This document shows positions 37,401 through 52,400 of a stretch of 64,000 nucleotides of DNA, one piece after another. Position numbers and translations under genes: made by a program. The notes beneath the pieces are model-generated. The model searched no databases. It had not been told where the DNA came from and worked only from the letters and a program-made list of their open reading frames with translations. The stretch is from Auanema rhodensis (lineage: Eukaryota > Animalia > Nematoda): positions 21,390,001 to 21,454,000 of the forward strand of contig OZ059896.1 in assembly GCA_964057225.1 (NCBI GenBank), written 5' to 3'. How positions within the stretch are numbered: position 1 is the first letter of the stretch; the number at the start of each line of letters is the position of its first letter.

Positions 37401-40400
37401 GACAAAAATTTTTTCGAAAAATTTCAAAATAATTTAGCAAAAAGTAGATGTTTTTAGATTCCTTTTTTCAAGGCAAAGACGATGGACAATGTTATTCAAC
37501 GAAAAAATTAATTCTTCAGGGTGAAAATCGAGGATATAAGTGTGAACTTATATCAGTTGATATCTCGGTGCATTTTTAAGCTAGCGCAAATCTGATAACA
37601 CAGATCGACGCAGCTTAAAAATCCGCATTGAATGCACTATACTACATTGAGAAACGCTTAATACAAAAATTAGTTATGATTGTTTGAAAAATGATGCATT
37701 AGTGTATGTTGAGTTTCCATGTACACTCAACATTGCTTCCAAAAACATTTTGACAAAAATTTTTTCGAAAAATTTCAAAATAATTTAGCAAAAAGTAGAT
37801 GTTTTTAGATTCCTTTTTTTAAGGCAAAGACGATGGACAATGTTATTCAACAAAAAAATTTATTCTTCAGGGTGAAAATCGAGGATATAAGTGTGCACTT
37901 ATATCAGTTGATATCTCGGTGCATTTTTAAGCTAGCGCAAATCTGATAACACAGATCGACGAAGCTTAAAAATCCGCATCGAATGCACTATACTACATTG
38001 AGAAACGCTTAATACAAAAGTTAGTTATGATCGTTTGAAAATTGATGCATTAGTGTATGTTGAGTTTCCATGTACACTCAACATTGCTTCCAAAAACATT
38101 TTGACAAAAATTTTTTCGAAAAATTTCAAAATAATTTAGCAAAAAGTAGATGTTTTTAGATTCCTTTTTTCAAGGCAAAGACGATGGACAATGTTATTCA
38201 ACGAAAAAATTAATTCTTCAGGGTGAAAATCGAGGATATAAGTGTGAACTTATATCAGTTGATATCTCGGTGCATTTTTAAGCTAGCGCAAATCTGATAA
38301 CACAGATCGACGCAGCTTAAAAATCCGCATTGAATGCACTATACTACATTGAGAAACGCTTAATACAAAAATTAGTTATGATTGTTTGAAAAATGATGCA
38401 TTAGTGTATGTTGAGTTTCCATGTACACTCAACATTGCTTCCAAAAACATTTTGACAAAAATTTTTTCGAAAAATTTCAAAATAATTTAGCAAAAAGTAG
38501 ATGTTTTTAGATTCCTTTTTTTAAGGCAAAGACGATGGACAATGTTATTCAACAAAAAAATTTATTCTTCAGGGTGAAAATCGAGGATATAAGTGTGCAC
38601 TTATATCAGTTGATATCTCGGTGCATTTTTAAGCTAGCGCAAATCTGATAACACAGATCGACGAAGCTTAAAAATCCGCATCGAATGCACTATACTACAT
38701 TGAGAAACGCTTAATACAAAAGTTAGTTATGATCGTTTGAAAATTGATGCATTAGTGTATGTTGAGTTTCCATGTACACTCAACATTGCTTCCAAAAACA
38801 TTTTGACAAAAATTTTTTCGAAAAATTTCAAAATAATTTAGCAAAAAGTAGATGTTTTTAGATTCCTTTTTTCAAGGCAAAGACGATGGACAATGTTATT
38901 CAACGAAAAAATTAATTCTTCAGGGTGAAAATCGAGGATATAAGTGTGAACTTATATCAGTTGATATCTCGGTGCATTTTTAAGCTAGCGCAAATCTGAT
39001 AACACAGATCGACGCAGCTTAAAAATCCGCATTGAATGCACTATACTACATTGAGAAACGCTTAATACAAAAATTAGTTATGATTGTTTGAAAAATGATG
39101 CATTAGTGTATGTTGAGTTTCCATGTACACTCAACATTGCTTCCAAAAACATTTTGACAAAAATTTTTTCGAAAAATTTCAAAATAATTTAGCAAAAAGT
39201 AGATGTTTTTAGATTCCTTTTTTTAAGGCAAAGACGATGGACAATGTTATTCAACAAAAAAATTTATTCTTCAGGGTGAAAATCGAGGATATAAGTGTGC
39301 ACTTATATCAGTTGATATCTCGGTGCATTTTTAAGCTAGCGCAAATCTGATAACACAGATCGACGAAGCTTAAAAATCCGCATCGAATGCACTATACTAC
39401 ATTGAGAAACGCTTAATACAAAAATTAGTTATGATCGTTTGAAAAATGATGCCTTAGTGTATGTTGAGTTTCCATGTACACTCAACATTGCTTCCAAAAA
39501 CATTTTGACAAAAATTTTTTCGAAAAATTTCAAAATAATTTAGCAAAAAGTAGATGTTTTTAGATTCCTTTTTTCAAGGCAAAGACGATGGACAATGTTA
39601 TTCAACGAAAAAATTAATTCTTCAGGGTGAAAATCGAGGATATAAGTGTGCACTTATATCAGTTGATATCTTGGTGCATTTTCAAGCTAGCGCAAATCTG
39701 ATAACACAGATCGACGCAGCTCAAAAATCCGCATCGAATGCACTATACTACATTGAGAATCGCTTAATACAAAAATTAGTTATGATCGTTTGAAAATTGA
39801 TGCATTAGTGTATGTTGAGTTTCCATGTACACTCAACATTGCTTCCAAAAACATTTTGACAAAAACTTTTTCGAAAAATTTCAAAATAATTTAGCAAAAA
39901 GTAGATGTTTTAAGATTCCTTTTTTCAAGGCAAAGACGATGGACAATGTTATTCAACGAAAAAATTAATTCTTCAGGGTGAAAATCGAGGATATAAGTGT
40001 GAACTTATATCAGTTGATATCTCGGTGCATTTTTAAGCTAGCGCAAATCTGATAACACAGATCGACGCAGCTTGAAAATCCGCATCGAATGTACTATACT
40101 ACATTGAGAAACGCTTAATACAAAAAATAGTTATGATCGTTTGAAAAATGATGCATTAGTGTATGTTGAGTTTCCATGTACACTCAACATTGCTTCCAAA
40201 AACATTTTGACAAAAATTTTTTCGAAAAATTTCAGAATAATTTAGCAAAAAGTAGATGTTTTTAGATTCCTTTTTTCAAGGCAAAGACGATGGACAATGT
40301 TATTCAACAAAAAAACTTATTCTTCAGGGTGAAAATCGAGGATATAAGTGTGCACTTATATCAGTTGATATCTCGGTGCATTTTTAAGCTAGCGCAAATC

Positions 40401-43400
40401 TGATAACACAGATCGACGCAGCTTAAAAATCCGCATCGAATGCACTATACTACATTGAGAAACGCTTAATACAAAAAATAGTTATGATCGTTTGAAAAAT
40501 GATGCATTAGTGTATGTTGAGTTTCCATGTACACTCAACATTGCTTCCAAAAACATTTTGACAAAAATTTTTTCGAAAAATTTCAAAATAATTTAGCAAA
40601 AAGTAGATGTTTTTAGATTCCTTTTTTCAAGGCAAAGACGATGAACAATGTTATTCAACGAAAAAATTAATTCTTCAGGGTGAAAATCGAGGATATAAGT
40701 GTGAACTTATATCAGTTGATATCTCGGTGCATTTTTAAGCTAGCGCAAATCTGATAACACAGATCGACGCAGCTTGAAAATCCGCATCGAATGTACTATA
40801 CTATATTGAGAAACGCTTAATACAAAAATTAGTTATGATCGTTTGAAAAATGATGCCTTAGTGTATGTTGAGTTTCCATGTACACTCAACATTGCTTCCA
40901 AAAACATTTTGACAAAAATTTTTTCGAAAAATTTCGAAATAATTTAGCAAAAAGTAGATGTTTTTAGATTCCTTTTTTCAAGGCAAAGACGATGGACAAT
41001 GTTATTCAACGAAAAAATTAATTCTTCAGGGTGAAAATCGAGGATATAAGTGTGAACTTATATCAGTTGATATCTCGGTGCATTTTTAAGCTAGCGCAAA
41101 TCTGATAACACAGATCGACGCAGCTTAAAAATCCGCATCGAATGCACTATACTACTTTGAGAAACGCTTAATACAAAAATTAGTTATGATCGTTTGAAAA
41201 ATGATGCATTAGTGTATGTTGAGTTTTCATGTACACTCAACATTGCTTCCAAAAACATTTTGACAAAAATTTTTTCGAAAAATTTCAAAATAATTCAGCA
41301 AAAAGTAGATGTTTTTAGATTCCTTTTTTCAAGGCAAAGACGATGGACAATGTTATTCAACGAAAAAATTAATTCTTCAGGGTGAAAATCGAGGATATAA
41401 GTGTGAACTTATATCAGTTGATATCTCGGTGCATTTTTAAGCTAGCGCAAATCTGATAACACAGATCGACGCAGCTTGAAAATCCGCATCGAATGTACTA
41501 TACTACATTGAGAAACGCTTAATACAAAAAATAGTTATGATCGTTTGAAAAATGATGCATTAGTGTATGTTGAGTTTCCATGTACACTCAACATTGCTTC
41601 CAAAAACATTTTGACAAAAATTTTTTCGAAAAATTTCAGAATAATTTAGCAAAAAGTAGATGTTTTTAGATTCCTTTTTTCAAGGCAAAGACGATGGACA
41701 ATGTTATTCAACAAAAAAACTTATTCTTCAGGGTGAAAATCGAGGATATAAGTGTGCACTTATATCAGTTGATATCTCGGTGCATTTTTAAGCTAGCGCA
41801 AATCTGATAACACAGATCGACGCAGCTTAAAAATCCGCATCGAATGCACTATACTACATTGAGAAACGCTTAATACAAAAAATAGTTATGATCGTTTGAA
41901 AAATGATGCACTAGTGTATGTTGAGTTTCCATGTACACTCAACATTGCTTCCAAAAACATTTTGACAAAAATTTTTTCGAAAAATTTCAAAATAATTTAG
42001 CAAAAAGTAGATGTTTTTAGATTCCTTTTTTCAAGGCAAAGACGATGAACAATGTTATTCAACGAAAAAATTAATTCTTCAGGGTGAAAATCGAGGATAT
42101 AAGTGTGAACTTATATCAGTTGATATCTCGGTGCATTTTTAAGCTAGCGCAAATCTGATAACACAGATCGACGCAGCTTAAAAATCCGCATCGAATGCAC
42201 TATACTACTTTGAGAAACGCTTAATACAAAAAATAGTTATGATCGTTTGAAAAATGATGCATTAGTGTATGTTGAGTTTCCATGTACACTCAACATTGCT
42301 TCCAAAAACATTTTGACAAAAATTTTTTCGAAAAATTTCAAAATAATTTAGCAAAAAGTAGATGTTTTTAGATTCCTTTTTTCAAGGCAAAGACGATGAA
42401 CAATGTTATTCAACGAAAAAATTAATTCTTCAGGGTGAAAATCGAGGATATAAGTGTGAACTTATATCAGTTGATATCTCGGTGCATTTTTAAGCTAGCG
42501 CAAATCTGATAACACAGATCGACGCAGCTTAAAAATCCGCATCGAATGCACTATACTACTTTGAGAAACGCTTAATACAAAAATTAGTTATGATCGTTTG
42601 AAAAATGATGCATTAGTGTATGTTGAGTTTCCATGTACACTCAACATTGCTTCCAAAAACATTTTGACAAAAATTTTTTCGAAAAATTTCAAAATAATTT
42701 AGCAAAAAGTAGATGTTTTTAGATTCCTTTTTTCAAGGCAAAGACGATGAACAATGTTATTCAACGAAAAAATTAATTCTTCAGGGTGAAAATCGAGGAT
42801 ATAAGTGTGAACTTATATCAGTTGATATCTCGGTGCATTTTTAAGCTAGCGCAAATCTGATAACACAGATCGACGCAGCTTGAAAATCCGCATCGAATGT
42901 ACTATACTACATTGAGAAACGCTTAATACAAAAATTAGTTATGATCGTTTGAAAAATGATGCATTAGTGTATGTTGAGTTTCCATGTACACTCAACATTG
43001 CTTCCAAAAACATTTTGACAAAAATTTTTTCGAAAAATTTCAAAATAATTTAGCAAAAAGTAGATGTTTTTAGATTCCTTTTTTCAAGGCAAAGACGATG
43101 GACAATGTTATTCAACGAAAAAATTAATTCTTCAGGGTGAAAATCGAGGATATAAGTGTGAACTTATATCAGTTGATATCTCGGTGCATTTTTAAGCTAG
43201 CGCAAATCTGATAACACAGATCGACGCAGCTTAAAAATCCGCATCGAATGCACTATACTACTTTGAGAAACGCTTAATACAAAAATTAGTTATGATCGTT
43301 TGAAAAATGATGCCTTAGTGTATGTTGAGTTTTCATGTACACTCAACATTGCTTCCAAAAACATTTTGACAAAAATTTTTTCGAAAAATTTCAAAATAAT

Positions 43401-46400
43401 TTAGCAAAAAGTAGATGTTTTTAGATTCCTTTTTTCAAGGCAAAGACGATGGACAATGTTATTCAACGAAAAAATTAATTCTTCAGGGTGAAAATCGAGG
43501 ATATAAGTGTGAACTTATATCAGTTGATATCTCGGTGCATTTTTAAGCTAGCGCAAATCTGATAACACAGATCGACGCAGCTTAAAAATCCGCATCGAAT
43601 GCACTATACTACTTTGAGAAACGCTTAATACAAAAATTAGTTATGATCGTTTGAAAAATGATGCATTAGTGTATGTTGAGTTTCCATGTACACTCAACAT
43701 TGCTTCCAAAAACATTTTGACAAAAATTTTTTCGAAAAATTTCAGAATAATTTAGCAAAAAGTAGATGTTTTTAGATTCCTTTTTTCAAGGCAAAGACGA
43801 TGGACAATGTTATTCAACGAAAAAATTAATTCTTCAGGGTGAAAATCGAGGATATAAGTGTGAACTTATATCAGTTGATATCTCGGTGCATTTTTAAGCT
43901 AGCGCAAATCTGATAACACAGATCGACGCAGCTTGAAAATCCGCATCGAATGCACTATACTACATTGAGAAACGCTTAATACAAAAAATAGTTATGATCG
44001 TTTGAAAAATGATGCATTAGTGTATGTTGAGTTTCCATGTACACTCAACATTGCTTCCAAAAACATTTTGACAAAAATTTTTTCGAAAAATTTCAGAATA
44101 ATTTAGCAAAAAGTAGATGTTTTTAGATTCCTTTTTTCAAGGCAAAGACGATGGACAATGTTATTCAACAAAAAAACTTATTCTTCAGGGTGAAAATCGA
44201 GGATATAAGTGTGCACTTATATCAGTTGATATCTCGGTGCATTTTTAAGCTAGCGCAAATCTGATAACACAAATCGACGCAGCTTAAAAATCCGCATCGA
44301 ATGCACTATACCACATTGAGAAACGCTTAATACAAAAAATAGTTATGATCGTTTGAAAAATGATGCATTAGTGTATGTTGAGTTTCCATGTACACTCAAC
44401 ATTGCTTCCAAAAACATTTTGACAAAAATTTTTTCGAAAAATTTCAAAATAATTTAGCAAAAAGTAGATGTTTTTAGATTCCTTTTTTTAAGGCAAAGAC
44501 GATGGACGATGTTATTCAACGAAAAAATTAATTCTTCAGGGTGAAAATCGAGGATATAAGTGTGCACTTATATCAGTTGATATCTCGGTGCATTTTTAAG
44601 CTAGCGCAAATCTGATAACACAGATCGACGCAGCTTCAAAATCCGCATCGAATGCACTATACTACATTGAGAAACGCTTAATACAAAAAATAGTTATGAT
44701 CGTTTGAAAAATGATGCATTAGTGTATGTTGAGTTTCCATGTACACTCAACATTGCTTCCAAAAACATTTTGACAAAAATTTTTTCGAAAATTTTCAAAA
44801 TAATTTAGCAAAAAGTAGATGTTTTTAGATTCCTTTTTTCAAGGCAAAGACGATGAACAATGTTATTCAACGAAAAAATCAATTCTTCAGGGTGAAAATC
44901 GAGGATATAAGTGTGAACTTATATCAGTTGATATCTCGGTGCATTTTTAAGCTAGCGCAAATCTGATAACACAGATCGACGCAGCTTGAAAATCCGCATC
45001 GAATGTACTATACTACATTGAGAAACGCTTAATACAAAAATTAGTTATGATCGTTTGAAAAATGATGCCTTAGTGTATGTTGAGTTTCCATGTACACTCA
45101 ACATTGCTTCCAAAAACATTTTGACAAAAATTTTTTCGAAAAATTTCAAAATAATTTAGCAAAAAGTAGATGTTTTTAGATTCCTTTTTTCAAGGCAAAG
45201 ACGATGGACAATGTTATTCAACGAAAAAATTAATTCTTCAGGGTGAAAATCGAGGGTATAAGTGTGAACTTATATCAGTTGATATCTCGGTGCATTTTTA
45301 AGCTAGCGCAAATCTGATAACACAGATCGACGCAGCTCAAAAATCCGCATCGAATGCACTATACTACATTGAGAAACGCTTAATACAAAAGTTAGTTATG
45401 ATCGTTTGAAAATTGATGCATTAGTGTATGTTGAGTTTCCATGTACACTCAACATTGCTTCCAAAAACATTTTGACAAAAATTTTTTCGAAAAATTTCAA
45501 AATAATTTAGCAAAAAGTAGATGTTTTTAGATTCCTTTTTTCAAGGCAAAGACGATGGACAATGTTATTCAACAAAAAAATTAATTCTTCAGGGTGAAAA
45601 TCGAGGATATAAGTGTGCACTTATTTCAGTTGATATCTCGGTGCATTTTTAAGCTAGCGCAAATCTGATAACACAGATCGACGCAGCTTAAAAATCCGCA
45701 TCGAATGCACTATACTACATTGAGAAACGCTCAATACAAAAATTAGTTATGATCGTTTGAAAAATGATGCCTTAGTGTATTTTGAGTTTCCATGTACACT
45801 CAACATTGCTTCCAAAAACATTTTGACAAAAATTTTTTCGAAAAATTTCAAAATAATTTAGCAAAAAGTAGATGTTTTTAGATTCCTTTTTTTAAGGCAA
45901 AGACGATGGACAATGTTATTCAACAAAAAAATTTATTCTTCAGGGTGAAAATCGAGGATATAAGTGTGCACTTATTTCAGTTGATATCTCGGTGCATTTT
46001 TAAGCTAGCGCAAATCTGATAACACAGATCGACGCAGCTTAAAAATCCGCATCGAATGCACTATACTACATTGAGAAACGCTCAATACAAAAATTAGTTA
46101 TGATCGTTTGAAAAATGATGCCTTAGTGTATTTTGAGTTTCCATGTACACTCAACATTGCTTCCAAAAACATTTTGACAAAAATTTTTTCGAAAAATTTC
46201 AAAATAATTTAGCAAAAAGTAGATGTTTTTAGATTCCTTTTTTTAAGGCAAAGACGATGGACAATGTTATTCAACAAAAAAATTTATTCTTCAGGGTGAA
46301 AATCGAGGATATAAGTGTGCACTTATATCAGTTGATATCTCGGTGCATTTTTAAGCTAGCGCAAATCTGATAACACAGATCGACGAAGCTTAAAAATCCG

Positions 46401-49400
46401 CATCGAATGCACTATACTACATTGAGAAACGCTTAATACAAAAATTAGTTATGATCGTTTGAAAAATGATGCCTTAGTGTATGTTGAGTTTCCATGTACA
46501 CTCAACATTGCTTCCAAAAACATTTTGACAAAAATTTTTTCGAAAAATTTCAAAATAATTTAGCAAAAAGTAGATGTTTTTAGATTCCTTTTTTCAAGGC
46601 AAAGACGATGGACAATGTTATTCAACGAAAAAATTAATTCTTCAGGGTGAAAATCGAGGATATAAGTGTGCACTTATATCAGTTGATATCTTGGTGCATT
46701 TTCAAGCTAGCGCAAATCTGATAACACAGATCGACGCAGCTCAAAAATCCGCATCGAATGCACTATACTACATTGAGATTCGCTTAATACAAAAATTAGT
46801 TATGATCGTTTGAAAAATGATGCCTTAGTGTATGTTGAGTTTCCATGTACACTCAACATTGCTTCCAAAAACATTTTGACAAAAACTTTTTCGAAAAATT
46901 TCAAAATAATTTAGCAAAAAGTAGATGTTTTTAGATTCCTTTTTTCAAGGCAAAGACGATGGACAATGTTATTCAACGAAAAAATTAATTCTTCAGGGTG
47001 AAAATCGAGGATATAAGTGTGAACTTATATCAGATGATATCTCGATGCATTTTTAAGCTAGCGCAAATCTGATAACACAGATCGACGCAGCTTAAAAATC
47101 CGCATCGAATGCACTATACCACATTGAGAAACGCTTAATACAAAAATTAGTTATGATCGTTTGAAAATTGATGCATTAGTGTATGTTGAGTTTCCATGTA
47201 CACTCAACATTGCTTCCAAAAACATTTTGACAAAAACTTTTTCGAAAAATTTCAAAATAATTTAGCAAAAAGTAGATGTTTTTAGATTCCTTTTTTTAAG
47301 GCAAAGACGATGGACAATGTTATTCAACGAAAAAATTAATTCTTCAGGGTGAAAATCGAGGATATAAGTGTGAACTTATATCAGTTGATATCTCGGTGCA
47401 TTTTTAAGCTAGCGCAAATCTGATAACACAGATCGACGCAGCTTAAAAATCCGCATCGAATGCACTTTACTACTTTGAGAAACGCTTAATACAAAAGTTA
47501 GTTATGATCGTTTGAAAAATGATGCCTTAGTGTATGTTGAGTTTCCATGTACACTCAACATTGCTTCCAAAAACATTTTGACAAAAATTTTTTCGAAAAA
47601 TTTCAAAATAATTTAGCAAAAAGTAGATGTTTTTAGATTCCTTTTTTTAAGGCAAAGACGATGGACAATGTTATTCAACGAAAAAATTAATTCTTCAGGG
47701 TGAAAATCGAGGATATAAGTGTGAACTTATATCAGTTGATATCTCGGTGCATTTTTAAGCTAGCGCAAATCTGATAACACAGATCGACGCAGCTTAAAAA
47801 TCCGCATCGAATGCACTATACTACATTGAGAAACGCTTAATACAAAAAATAGTTATGATCGTTTGAAAAATGATGCATTAGTGTATGTTGAGTTTCCATG
47901 TACACTCAACATTGCTTCCAAAAACATTTTGACAAAAATTTTTTCGAAAATTTTCAAAATAATTTAGCAAAAAGTAGATGTTTTTAGATTCCTTTTTTCA
48001 AGGCAAAGACGATGGACAATGTTATTCAACAAAAAAATTAATTCTTCAGGGTGAAAATCGAGGATATAAGTGTGCACTTATATCAGTTGATATCTCGGTG
48101 CATTTTTAAGCTAGCGCAAATCTGATAACACAGATCGACGCAGCTTAAAAATCCGCATCGAATGCACTATACTACATTGAGAAACGCTCAATACAAAAAT
48201 TAGTTATGATCGTTTGAAAAATGATGCCTTAGTGTATGTTGAGTTTCCATGTACACTCAACATTGCTTCCAAAAACATTTTGACAAAAACTTTTTCGAAA
48301 AATTTCAAAATAATTTAGCAAAAAGTAGATGTTTTTAGATTCCTTTTTTCAAGGCAAAGACGATGGACAATGTTATTCAACGAAAAAATTAATTCTTCAG
48401 GGTGAAAATCGAGGATATAAGTGTGAACTTATATCAGTTGATATCTCGGTGCATTTTTAAGCTAGCGCAAATCTCATAACACAGATCGACGCAGCTTGAA
48501 AATCCGCATCGAATGCACTATACTACATTGAGAAACGCTTAATACAAAAATTAGTTATGATCGTTTGAAAAATGATGCCTTAGTGTATGTTGAGTTTCCA
48601 TGTACACTCAACATTGCTTCCAAAAACATTTTGACAAAAACTTTTTCGAAAAATTTCAAAATAATTTAGCAAAAAGTAGATGTTTTTAGATTCCTTTTTT
48701 CAAGGCAAAGACGATGGACAATGTTATTCAACGAAAAAATTAATTCTTCAGGGTGAAAATCGAGGATATAAGTGTGAACTTATATCAGATGATATCTCGA
48801 TGCATTTTTAAGCTAGCGCAAATCTGATAACACAGATCGACGCAGCTTAAAAATCCGCATCGAATGCACTATACCACATTGAGAAACGCTTAATACAAAA
48901 ATTAGTTATGATCGTTTGAAAATTGATGCATTAGTGTATGTTGAGTTTCCATGTACACTCAACATTGCTTCCAAAAACATTTTGACAAAAACTTTTTCGA
49001 AAAATTTCAAAATAATTTAGCAAAAAGTAGATGTTTTTAGATTCCTTTTTTTAAGGCAAAGACGATGGACAATGTTATTCAACGAAAAAATTAATTCTTC
49101 AGGGTGAAAATCGAGGATATAAGTGTGAACTTATATCAGTTGATATCTCGGTGCATTTTTAAGCTAGCGCAAATCTGATAACACAGATCGACGCAGCTTA
49201 AAAATCCGCATCGAATGCACTTTACTACTTTGAGAAACGCTTAATACAAAAGTTAGTTATGATCGTTTGAAAAATGATGCCTTAGTGTATGTTGAGTTTC
49301 CATGTACACTCAACATTGCTTCCAAAAACATTTTGACAAAAATTTTTTCGAAAAATTTCAAAATAATTTAGCAAAAAGTAGATGTTTTTAGATTCCTTTT

Positions 49401-52400
49401 TTTAAGGCAAAGACGATGGACAATGTTATTCAACGAAAAAATTAATTCTTCAGGGTGAAAATCGAGGATATAAGTGTGAACTTATATCAGTTGATATCTC
49501 GGTGCATTTTTAAGCTAGCGCAAATCTGATAACACAGATCGACGCAGCTTAAAAATCCGCATCGAATGCACTATACTACATTGAGAAACGCTTAATACAA
49601 AAAATAGTTATGATCGTTTGAAAAATGATGCATTAGTGTATGTTGAGTTTCCATGTACACTCAACATTGCTTCCAAAAACATTTTGACAAAAATTTTTTC
49701 GAAAATTTTCAAAATAATTTAGCAAAAAGTAGATGTTTTTAGATTCCTTTTTTCAAGGCAAAGACGATGGACAATGTTATTCAACAAAAAAATTAATTCT
49801 TCAGGGTGAAAATCGAGGATATAAGTGTGAACTTATATCAGTTGATATCTCGGTGCATTTTTAAGCTAGCGCAAATCTGATAACACAGATCGACGCAGCT
49901 TAAAAATCCGCATCGAATGCACTTTACTACTTTGAGAAACGCTTAATACAAAAGTTAGTTATGATCGTTTGAAAAATGATGCCTTAGTGTATGTTGAGTT
50001 TCCATGTACACTCAACATTGCTTCCAAAAACATTTTGACAAAAATTTTTTCGAAAAATTTCAAAATAATTTAGCAAAAAGTAGATGTTTTTAGATTCCTT
50101 TTTTTAAGGCAAAGACGATGGACAATGTTATTCAACGAAAAAATTAATTCTTCAGGGTGAAAATCGAGGATATAAGTGTGAACTTATATCAGTTGATATC
50201 TCGGTGCATTTTTAAGCTAGCGCAAATCTGATAACACAGATCGACGCAGCTTAAAAATCCGCATCGAATGCACTATACTACATTGAGAAACGCTTAATAC
50301 AAAAAATAGTTATGATCGTTTGAAAAATGATGCATTAGTGTATGTTGAGTTTCCATGTACACTCAACATTGCTTCCAAAAACATTTTGACAAAAATTTTT
50401 TCGAAAATTTTCAAAATAATTTAGCAAAAAGTAGATGTTTTTAGATTCCTTTTTTCAAGGCAAAGACGATGGACAATGTTATTCAACAAAAAAATTAATT
50501 CTTCAGGGTGAAAATCGAGGATATAAGTGTGCACTTATATCAGTTGATATCTCGGTGCATTTTTAAGCTAGCGCAAATCTGATAACACAGATCGACGCAG
50601 CTTAAAAATCCGCATCGAATGCACTATACTACATTGAGAAACGCTCAATACAAAAATTAGTTATGATCGTTTGAAAAATGATGCCTTAGTGTATGTTGAG
50701 TTTCCATGTACACTCAACATTGCTTCCAAAAACATTTTGACAAAAACTTTTTCGAAAAATTTCAAAATAATTTAGCAAAAAGTAGATGTTTTTAGATTCC
50801 TTTTTTCAAGGCAAAGACGATGGACAATGTTATTCAACGAAAAAATTAATTCTTCAGGGTGAAAATCGAGGATATAAGTGTGAACTTATATCAGTTGATA
50901 TCTCGGTGCATTTTTAAGCTAGCGCAAATCTCATAACACAGATCGACGCAGCTTGAAAATCCGAATCGAATGCACTATACTACATTGAGAAACGCTTAAT
51001 ACAAAAATTAGTTATGATCGTTTGAAAAATGATGCCTTAGTGTATGTTGAGTTTCCATGTACACTCAACATTGCTTCCAAAAACATTTTGACAAAATTTT
51101 TTTGAAACATTTCAAAATAATTTAGCAAAAAGTAGATGTTTTTAGATTCCTTTTTTCAAGGCAAAGACGATGGACAATGTTATTCAACGAAAAAATTAAT
51201 TCTTCAGGGTGAAAATCGAGGATATAAGTGTGAACTTATATCAGTTGATATCTCGGTGCATTTTTAAGCTAGCGCAAATCTGATAACACAGATCGACGCA
51301 GCTTAAAAATCCGCATCGAATGCACTTTACTACTTTGAGAAACGCTTAATACAAAAATTAGTTATGATCGTTTGAAAATTGATGCATTAGTGTATGTTGA
51401 GTTTCCATGTACACTCAACATTGCTTCCAAAAACATTTTGACAAAAACTTTTTCGAAAAATTTCAAAATAATTTAGCAAAAAGTAGATGTTTTTAGATTC
51501 CTTTTTTTAAGGCAAAGACGATGGACAATGTTATTCAACGAAAAAATTAATTCTTCAGGGTGAAAATCGAGGATATAAGTGTGAACTTATATCAGTTGAT
51601 ATCTCGGTGCATTTTTAAGCTAGCGCAAATCTGATAACACAGATCGACGCAGCTTAAAAATCCGCATCGAATGCACTTTACTACTTTGAGAAACGCTTAA
51701 TACAAAAGTTAGTTATGATCGTTTGAAAAATGATGCCTTAGTGTATGTTGAGTTTCCATGTACACTCAACATTGCTTCCAAAAACATTTTGACAAAAATT
51801 TTTTCGAAAAATTTCAAAATAATTTAGCAAAAAGTAGATGTTTTTAGATTCCTTTTTTTAAGGCAAAGACGATGGACAATGTTATTCAACGAAAAAATTA
51901 ATTCTTCAGGGTGAAAATCGAGGATATAAGTGTGAACTTATATCAGTTGATATCTCGGTGCATTTTTAAGCTAGCGCAAATCTGATAACACAGATCGACG
52001 CAGCTTAAAAATCCGCATCGAATGCACTATACCACATTGAGAAACGCTTAATACAAAAATTAGTTATGATCGTTTGAAAAATGATGCATTAGTGTATGTT
52101 GAGTTTCCATGTACACTCAACATTGCTTCCAAAAACATTTTGACAAAAAGTTTTTCGAAAAATTTCAAAATAATTTAGCAAAAAGTAGATGTTTTTAGAT
52201 TCCTTTTTTCAAGGCAAAGACGATGGACAATGTTATTCAACAAAAAAATTTATTCTTCAGGGTGAAAATCGAGGATATAAGTGTGCACTTATATCAGTTG
52301 ATATCTCGGTGCATTTTTAAGCTAGCGCAAATCTGATAACACAGATCGACGCAGCTTGAAAATCCGCATCGAATGTACTATACTACATTAAGAAACGCTT

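Noticed and set aside
27592-46813. Four 79-aa ORFs and one 63-aa ORF as protein-coding genes
   Set aside because: They lie wholly within satellite monomers, and the same frames are interrupted by stops in nearly all other copies. The 63-aa ORF has a TTG start and depends on one TAG>CAG change. No domain is recognisable.
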